Source: an uncultured Bdellovibrio sp. (GTDB lineage Bacteria > Bdellovibrionota > Bdellovibrionia > Bdellovibrionales > Bdellovibrionaceae). From it: 64,000 nucleotides of DNA. Of the stretch, positions 57,614-64,000 are shown in pieces; position 1 is the first letter of the stretch; the number at the start of each line of letters is the position of its first letter. The notes beneath the pieces are model-generated. The model had not been told where the DNA came from, did no database searches, and saw only the letters and a list, made by a program, of their open reading frames with translations. The DNA lies in contig CAWVRN010000018.1 of NCBI GenBank assembly GCA_963932905.1, forward strand, positions 1 to 64,000, in the 5' to 3' direction. Position numbers and translations under genes: made by a program.

Positions 57614-58897
57614 ATGAACGCATTAGGAAGACATATTTTAGTAGAGTTTACGGGTTGTAACGCTGACGTTTTAAACGACGTTTCAGCTATTGAAAAAAGC
57701 ATGATCGACGCAGCCAAAATTGCGGGCGCGACAGTCATCAGCTCCAACTTTCACCATTTTTCTCCGTGGGGAGTATCTGGAGTTGTTGTTATTCAGGAAA
57801 GTCATTTGGCTATTCATACATGGCCTGAATATCGTTACGCTTCTGTTGATTTATTCACTTGCGGTGAAACGGTAGATCCTTGGGTGTCTTTTGAGCATTT
57901 AAAACAAGCTCTAGAAGCGACGTATTCGGCGATCGAATTAAACCGCGGTGCTTTGAACATTATCAAAAAATCAGATTATAAACCTACAAACGTTCGTGAT
58001 TCATCTAATCCTATCGACACAAAAAATTTCAAAATCGCGCGTAACGTTTGGTTTACCGACAAAGACGACATGCAGGCGCTATCACTTCGTTACACTGGCG
58101 ATGTGTTATTCAACGAAACAACAGATTTCCAACAAGTTCGTGTATTCGATACTTTAGCTTACGGAAAAATGCTGGCGATCAATAACATGGTAATGTGCAC
58201 CGAACGTGACGAATTCCATTATCACGAAATGATCGTTCACCCGGTTTCTCAATTAAGCAAAAATTTGAAAAACGTTTTAGTTATCGGTGGTGGTGACGGC
58301 GGAACAATTCGCGAGTTATTTAAATATAGCTCGATCGAAAAAGTAACAATGGTTGAAATAGACGAAGCTGTTGTGAACGCCTCTAAAAAGCATTTACCTA
58401 CGTTAAGCACTGAATTCTCGAATCCAAAGTTAAATTTGATCATTGGTGATGGTATCGAACATGTTCGTAATGCCAAAGCAGGAACGTACGACCTAGTTAT
58501 CGTCGATGGATCCGATCCAGTGGGACCGGCAGAAGGTCTATTTACTAAGGCGTTCTATACTGACTGCGCGCGCGTATTAACGGACGACGGGATGCTAGTC
58601 ACTCAAGGTGAATCGCCAATGTTCCACACAAATACATTCGTTGAATTAAATCACTGCTTAAAAGACATTTTTGGAATACAGAAGGTTCACACGATGTTAT
58701 TCCACGCTACGACGTATCCGTCTGGCATGTGGTCATTGATGATGGCTTCTAAAAAAGCAATCAATCCTAAAACAGATATCGACGTGGCCAAGGCAGCGTC
58801 GTTCGTAAAACAAAAAAACTTAAAATACTATAACGAAGAACTTCATGCGGCCTCTTTCTGCCTGCCAAACTTCGTTAAAAACCTACTCGAAAAGTAG
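57614..58897 (+). CDS. S-adenosylmethionine decarboxylase - spermidine synthase fusion (SpeD-SpeE)
   Basis: N-terminal [19 protein letters not shown]-terminal [25 protein letters not shown]. Confidence 0.93.
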   Translation: MNALGRHILVEFTGCNADVLNDVSAIEKSMIDAAKIAGATVISSNFHHFSPWGVSGVVVIQESHLAIHTWPEYRYASVDLFTCGETVDPWVSFEHLKQALEATYSAIELNRGALNIIKKSDYKPTNVRDSSNPIDTKNFKIARNVWFTDKDDMQALSLRYTGDVLFNETTDFQQVRVFDTLAYGKMLAINNMVMCTERDEFHYHEMIVHPVSQLSKNLKNVLVIGGGDGGTIRELFKYSSIEKVTMVEIDEAVVNASKKHLPTLSTEFSNPKLNLIIGDGIEHVRNAKAGTYDLVIVDGSDPVGPAEGLFTKAFYTDCARVLTDDGMLVTQGESPMFHTNTFVELNHCLKDIFGIQKVHTMLFHATTYPSGMWSLMMASKKAINPKTDIDVAKAASFVKQKNLKYYNEELHAASFCLPNFVKNLLEK

Positions 58898-58903
58898 GCC
58901 AGA

Positions 58904-60496
58904 ATGAATCAAGCGTCGAATTCCATATTGCTATGTGCTCTGAATTCGACGTACCAACACGCAGCTTTCGGGCTGCGCTACTTACGCGCCAATCTGAAAG
59001 AACTTAAAGATCAAACTCAAATTGTCGAATTCACTATCTCGCAAAGTCCTCTAGAGATCGTGGAAAAAATTCTATCAATGAATCCCAAAATCGTAGGCTT
59101 TGGTGTTTATATTTGGAACACGGATGAAGTTCTAAAAGTCATCCGCTACCTTAAACAACTTCAACCCGAACTAACCATTGTTCTTGGCGGTCCAGAAATC
59201 AGCTATGAAACAGAAACGCAAGATCACGTGAATTACTGCGATTACATTATCAAGGGCGAAGCTGATTTTTCGTTCTATAACTTGTGCCATGACATTTTAA
59301 ATCAGCGTCCAATGGACGCGTGGAAGAAAATTTCTCAGCAACCATTACCGGATATAAAATCGATCGTGTTGCCTTATGATCTTTATACCGATGAAGATAT
59401 TCAAAATCGAGTTCTATATGTTGAAGCCTCACGAGGCTGCCCTTACAAATGTGAATATTGCCTTTCTTCTTTGGATGTATCAGTTCGTAATTTCGCCGTG
59501 GAGCCATTCCTTGAGCAAATGCAGAGACTGATCGATCGCGGTGCTAAACAGTTTAAATTTGTCGATCGCACGTTCAATCTAAGTCCGACTATTTCTGAAT
59601 CGATTTTAGTTTTCTTCCTAAAACAAATCGATAAAGGTTTGTTTCTTCATTTTGAAATGGTCCCAGACCGTCTGCCTGACAATTTAAAAGAACTCATCAA
59701 GCAATTCCCACAAGGAACTTTGCAGTTTGAAATTGGCATTCAAACGTTGAACGAAAATGTATCGGCACTCATTAGCCGCCGACAAAATCACGTAAAAATG
59801 AAGGAGAACTTCCTCTATCTTCGTGAGCATACAAAAGTGCACACGCATGCTGATTTGATCGTTGGTCTTCCGGCAGAAACAATCGAAAGCTTTAAAAAAG
59901 GTTTTGATCAGTTAATCGAATGGGATCCAGACGAAATTCAAGTCGGTATTTTAAAACGCTTAAAGGGCACACCAATTATTCGTCATCAGAGCAAATTTGA
60001 AATGGTGTATTCAGAAAACACGCCTTACCAAATTTTGAAAACTAAAGATCTAACGTTCCAAGAACTCCAGCAAATGAATCGTTTCTCGCGTTACTGGGAT
60101 ATGATCGCAAATTCTGGTCAGTTCAATTTAACGATGACTTTTTTAAAACAAAAAACGAAAATTGAAGGCCATTCATTTTTTGATTTATTTTTCAGCTTGT
60201 CTCAATATTTGTATGAACGTCACCGGGGCACTTTTGCGATCTCGTTGATGAATTTAACGGAATCGGTTTTTAAATATCTAGCCGATATTTTGAAAGTTCC
60301 GGCGAAAGAAGCCGCAGAATTAATCTATCGTGACTTTTGTACGCGTAAAAAACGCGATATTCCTGGTTACCTAAAGCCCTATTTGGATGCAGCCATCGTG
60401 AAATCAACACAGAATGCACACCACAAAGAATCGGTGCCGACAGATAGCTTACGCAAACGCCAAGCTAACCATGCGACTCAAGACGCCGTTGTTTGA
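58904..60496 (+). CDS. B12-binding radical SAM protein
   Basis: GFGVYIWN, VLGGPE, GEAD, SRGCPYKCEYC, DRTFN, DLIVGLP. Confidence 0.9.
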   Translation: MNQASNSILLCALNSTYQHAAFGLRYLRANLKELKDQTQIVEFTISQSPLEIVEKILSMNPKIVGFGVYIWNTDEVLKVIRYLKQLQPELTIVLGGPEISYETETQDHVNYCDYIIKGEADFSFYNLCHDILNQRPMDAWKKISQQPLPDIKSIVLPYDLYTDEDIQNRVLYVEASRGCPYKCEYCLSSLDVSVRNFAVEPFLEQMQRLIDRGAKQFKFVDRTFNLSPTISESILVFFLKQIDKGLFLHFEMVPDRLPDNLKELIKQFPQGTLQFEIGIQTLNENVSALISRRQNHVKMKENFLYLREHTKVHTHADLIVGLPAETIESFKKGFDQLIEWDPDEIQVGILKRLKGTPIIRHQSKFEMVYSENTPYQILKTKDLTFQELQQMNRFSRYWDMIANSGQFNLTMTFLKQKTKIEGHSFFDLFFSLSQYLYERHRGTFAISLMNLTESVFKYLADILKVPAKEAAELIYRDFCTRKKRDIPGYLKPYLDAAIVKSTQNAHHKESVPTDSLRKRQANHATQDAVV

Positions 60497-60906
60497 TCTA
60501 GTAGCCGTTGAATTTCACCTAAATCTTTAATTTCGTTTTTAGTTAAATCCGACGCCATGACTTTCTTTTCGGTTCGGCTTTTTGCGATCTTGTATACAGA
60601 TACCATGTAAATCGAAAGAATGATCAGGCCAAGCCAGCTTAAAAAGATCATCATCGTTCCAAAAATAAAAGCACTGCGGGTCGCCTTTTGGTAGTCGGCC
60701 TCTGATAACGATTTTGAATCAGTGCCTTCTATTTTGATCGGGGCACCTTGATCCATTGACCAATACCAACCCAATTTTCCCAAGTTTTCATTCAACGTCT
60801 TTATCTTCTGATCCGAAAATGATTTATGAACGATATACAGATTAAAATTTGCAATGAGAAAAGTTATGAATGCCCCGACGGCGCCGATGGCAGCTATTTC
60901 TGGCAT
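60478..60906 (-). CDS. Hypothetical membrane protein
   Basis: Two hydrophobic segments; RBS GAGGG. Confidence 0.7.
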   Translation of the reverse strand: MPEIAAIGAVGAFITFLIANFNLYIVHKSFSDQKIKTLNENLGKLGWYWSMDQGAPIKIEGTDSKSLSEADYQKATRSAFIFGTMMIFLSWLGLIILSIYMVSVYKIAKSRTEKKVMASDLTKNEIKDLGEIQRLLDQTTAS

Positions 60907-60916
60907 AAACCCTCAC

Positions 60917-61312
60917 TCACGTACTACATTCAAGTTCTAATAGATAACTGCTTTGATCGGCATGCACGAATGCATTCGTGCCTACAATATCCACTAGCAA
61001 TATCGAAAACAAACCACCATCAATTAGAATTCCTAAAAACGTGGCCGGATCTACAGATCTACGCACCACCTTTTCCCCTTCTAGGCAGTTGGCTTTCTTC
61101 CCTACAAAAGTTACCCGACCGCGTTTAGGAATAGTAACCTCAAGCGGCTGCTCTGGCCCGGCTATTCCTCGATAGACGTCGTTGATATAAATTTGGGTAT
61201 CCGTAACGGTAGATAAGATTTCGACTTGATCAGTAGAACCATGTAAAATCGTCGCACACGATATTAATTGAAACGATAAAACAAAAAACAGTACGATCCG
61301 ACATAGGCGCAT
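60917..61312 (-). CDS. Small lipoprotein (PEGA-like)
   Basis: Lipobox LISC, ATILHGSTDQV, IYIND, hydrophobic LLVDIVGT tail; upstream TTGATG-N17-TATAGC. Confidence 0.75.
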   Translation of the reverse strand: MRLCRIVLFFVLSFQLISCATILHGSTDQVEILSTVTDTQIYINDVYRGIAGPEQPLEVTIPKRGRVTFVGKKANCLEGEKVVRRSVDPATFLGILIDGGLFSILLVDIVGTNAFVHADQSSYLLELECST

Positions 61313-61379
61313 ATATCTTTAGCTATACAGTGTATGAATATTGACATCAATAAAATTAATTCATCTACTTGTCTTCAGC

Positions 61380-64000
61380 ATGTTTAAAATTCTTCTAACA
61401 GTTCTGATATCGGCTCATTGCGCATTTGCTTATTTAGTTTCAAATGATGACACGTATTACGTTTATCACACGCCCCACGTGTCTTACATATTAACAGAAT
61501 CTGATTTCAAATATTTGCCAAGACTAACGGCCCAACTTCAGCGAAGCCAGCGCCTTTTCGAAAAGGAATTTGCTTGGGCCTTAGATGAGCGAACTTCGTT
61601 GATTGTAACTTCGAATAAAAATCAAGTCGCCAACGCGTTTGCAACCATATCACCAAATAACATGGTCGTATTTTTAAAAGGGGGGGTTGATTTTCTTGAA
61701 TCATCGGCCACGCCTTCGTGGATTGATACTCTTTCCAGCCATGAGGTAGCTCACGTTTACCAGCTAAATGCTAAAAATCAATTGGGTTCGTTGCTTAAAA
61801 AAATATTCGGCAATCAAATCTACATTCCCATTCCTCTTTTGCCTTGGCCGATCTTTATCTCGCCGACCGCGATGTTGCCGACATTTATCGTCGAAGGAAA
61901 CGCGGTTCTCAATGAATCACGCTTGAATCAAGGCGGTCGTTTATTAAGTGGCGAGTCTCTGGTATTAGTGTCCGAGCTTATCCACAGTGATAAAGCCGAT
62001 ATGAAATACTTAATGAACGTCAATCTAGAATTTCCTTTTGGAACCGAAAAATACATTTTGGGCGGTTTTTTTCAATCTTACTTAGCCGATAGATATGACT
62101 TTGCGACTCTCAACCGATTTTTTATTCATCACGCAGAAAACAATATCAATCCATTTGATTTAAAGTCCTCGTTCGCCGCGACGTTCTTTGCCGACTACGA
62201 AAAACTATATCAAGAATTTCTGGATTCTGTCCGAGCTAGACAAAAAAATTACAACGCGTATCGCGGAAACAGCTTAACGACGTCGCTTGCAGCTGTGGAA
62301 TTCAAACGCATCGATGATACCATCTATTTTTTAAGTATTTCAGATGGCAAAACTCCTAATACTTTAAATCAATTCCATGTTTCCTCTAGAATTCTCATTA
62401 CGGAACGATCGTATTTGAAATCAGGACGAATTTACCGCGTCGACAATAAACTATATACGGCCACGAGTTACTCGCAAAACGAAAGAAATATTTTCTTCTC
62501 GTTAGTGGATGAAGACTATAATTTTAATCCACTTTTCAATAACAAATATGTGACCGATATCGAAGGCACGCATGTCAGCTATTTTGACATGAATCAATCG
62601 TTTGACCGCGGCGTCCTTTACCGCGACCAGGAAAAAATCGCTGAAACGGAATCCAAAGCGCTTCTAGATAAAGAAGGCAATATATACTACTTCAAACAAG
62701 AAGACGGATTGAAGGCTCTTTATAAAAATCACGACAAACTGACTTTCTTTGAATCCTACTACGCTTTACTTACCGACGTCATTAACAGCGACGAAATCTA
62801 TTTCATATCTAATTCACAGAATGGCGCTAGCCTGTTTTGCCATTGCAATGGCCAAACGACGCGTGTTCTGCCTTACGACAACGTGATGTCAGCAATGAAA
62901 GCTAATAACGGCTTTCTAGTTTCGTTTCTAAATGGCGATAGATATCATATCGCATTTATCGAAGACGCAACAACATCAGATCAAAGACCATTCAACATCA
63001 GAGCTCAGCTATCAAGCGAATATTTCAAGTCTCATGTCCCAATCGAGGAAACGCCGATTACGGAAAAACCAAAACCTTATTTAAGTTTTTCTGAATTACG
63101 CTTTTCCGAATATTCCATGAATTTTGTTTATTCAAAATCTCATACGACGATGTTAAACACATTGAACTGGATTGATCCTCTTTTCTATTCTAGCATCTCA
63201 GCGACATTTTCGTTATCAAACAAACTGGCTTATAATCAATTGGAATTTCAGTATTCGCCTTACGCCACTAAGTTCTATTTATCTGGAACAAATGAAACTG
63301 AATTCTATTTTGACGAAACTGAAAAAATAACTACGAATTCGTATCGATTCACGATGGAAAATACTTTGCTTGATAAACGTTACTCCACCTTAAAAGTCGG
63401 ACTAGATTTCCAAGGCGACTCTAACAAGTTTTTTAGAAACGACATCAGTACAGCGTACGCTACGTATCAATACTATGAATCCTACTTTTTAAACTATCGC
63501 CCTTATACTTATTTTTCTTTCACGCCGTCTCTTGAGAAGTCTGCTGGGAGCACATCCCAAAGCTATTCAATTCATGCTGGTAAAAAACTATTCTATGATT
63601 TGTATTTAAGCCTAGGATTATCTAAAAATAATTCCGAGTATTTTAAATTAGAAGCAGCACCCGAAACACACGGTTTCTTTAAACGCGGCTTAAAAACTCC
63701 GGTTTACTATTCAACACTATATACCAATGACATCAGTCAGGGCGATCTAGAACTTCTTTATGAAATTCCTTACTCTAAATACTACTATCGCTTTCCGATC
63801 TCTGTACGCAGGCTTGCTCCCTTTGCTGGATATCAAAAAAGCCACTCCAAAGAGTTTTTCTACCGGACCGAAATTGATGACATTTCATTCGCGACATTGG
63901 GTCTAGAAGCCGAGCTCCTGCTATTCCACACCAATCCGACACGCGTGCGACTACTCTCGACTGAAATCACCATCGAAGATAAAAGCGAAACACGTTTCGG
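61380..64000 (+). CDS. Partial (>870 aa) exported protein: HExxH zincin domain, propeller-like middle, probable outer-membrane beta-barrel; truncated by the window edge
   Basis: Manual translation is open from ATG 61380 to the end: signal peptide MFKILLTVLISAHCAFA, ANAFAT, HEVAH, VEGNAV, GGRL, later IDPLF and GLEAELL. Confidence 0.85.
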   Translation, partial: MFKILLTVLISAHCAFAYLVSNDDTYYVYHTPHVSYILTESDFKYLPRLTAQLQRSQRLFEKEFAWALDERTSLIVTSNKNQVANAFATISPNNMVVFLKGGVDFLESSATPSWIDTLSSHEVAHVYQLNAKNQLGSLLKKIFGNQIYIPIPLLPWPIFISPTAMLPTFIVEGNAVLNESRLNQGGRLLSGESLVLVSELIHSDKADMKYLMNVNLEFPFGTEKYILGGFFQSYLADRYDFATLNRFFIHHAENNINPFDLKSSFAATFFADYEKLYQEFLDSVRARQKNYNAYRGNSLTTSLAAVEFKRIDDTIYFLSISDGKTPNTLNQFHVSSRILITERSYLKSGRIYRVDNKLYTATSYSQNERNIFFSLVDEDYNFNPLFNNKYVTDIEGTHVSYFDMNQSFDRGVLYRDQEKIAETESKALLDKEGNIYYFKQEDGLKALYKNHDKLTFFESYYALLTDVINSDEIYFISNSQNGASLFCHCNGQTTRVLPYDNVMSAMKANNGFLVSFLNGDRYHIAFIEDATTSDQRPFNIRAQLSSEYFKSHVPIEETPITEKPKPYLSFSELRFSEYSMNFVYSKSHTTMLNTLNWIDPLFYSSISATFSLSNKLAYNQLEFQYSPYATKFYLSGTNETEFYFDETEKITTNSYRFTMENTLLDKRYSTLKVGLDFQGDSNKFFRNDISTAYATYQYYESYFLNYRPYTYFSFTPSLEKSAGSTSQSYSIHAGKKLFYDLYLSLGLSKNNSEYFKLEAAPETHGFFKRGLKTPVYYSTLYTNDISQGDLELLYEIPYSKYYYRFPISVRRLAPFAGYQKSHSKEFFYRTEIDDISFATLGLEAELLLFHTNPTRVRLLSTEITIEDKSETRF

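Noticed and set aside
317..61175. Many 60-170 aa ORFs nested in or antisense to confident genes (e.g. 2459-2854, 7499-8014, 19928-20287, 50403-50789)
   Set aside because: No recognisable motifs, and fully overlapped by well-supported genes
61507..61704. 65-aa minus-strand ORF
   Set aside because: Shadow of the long plus-strand ORF starting at 61380
1..64000. Mobile elements, prophage, defence systems, tRNA/rRNA, CRISPR
   Set aside because: No transposase, integrase, phage, nuclease or cas genes, cloverleafs or repeat-spacer arrays seen

Overview
A gene-dense, AT-rich bacterial chromosomal window. Gene content (many secreted proteases and lipoproteins, a Pro-rich secreted beta-sandwich-type protein, a speD-speE fusion, the aro/men layout) suggests a Bdellovibrionota-like predator; this is inference. 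Contents in order: cheA-cheR-cheB with a divergent cheW; transketolase; hydrolases (S8 protease, adenosine deaminase, proline iminopeptidase, S1 protease); menF-menD-menH divergent from DAHP synthase-menG; three secreted hypotheticals; a signal-peptide-bearing eukaryote-type UDP-glucose pyrophosphorylase; an aroB-aroA-[aroK/aroD/aroE fusion]-aroC operon trailed by TPM and Tim44-like genes; a leucine-catabolism (liu) operon; a methyltransferase-GNAT-ABC-2 operon; a two-CxxCH secreted protein; RNase P RNA; a yfaP-yfaT-yfaA-yfaS-yfaQ type alpha-2-macroglobulin operon; rlmK-like, speD-speE and B12 radical SAM genes; and a large zincin/outer-membrane ORF running off the right edge that the ORF track missed. 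I saw no tRNA, rRNA, CRISPR array, IS element or prophage. Best leads: (1) an A2M with an intact thioester in a yfa/mag-type operon, next to a tri-domain HExxH + PBP-motif + SpoIID protein; (2) a secreted UGPase-family enzyme; (3) an aro operon in exactly the fungal AROM domain order; (4) a shared TGTC-N9-GACA site upstream of exported-protein genes; (5) an RNase P RNA apparently lacking P13/P14. All family calls come from motif recognition by eye, not from database searches.
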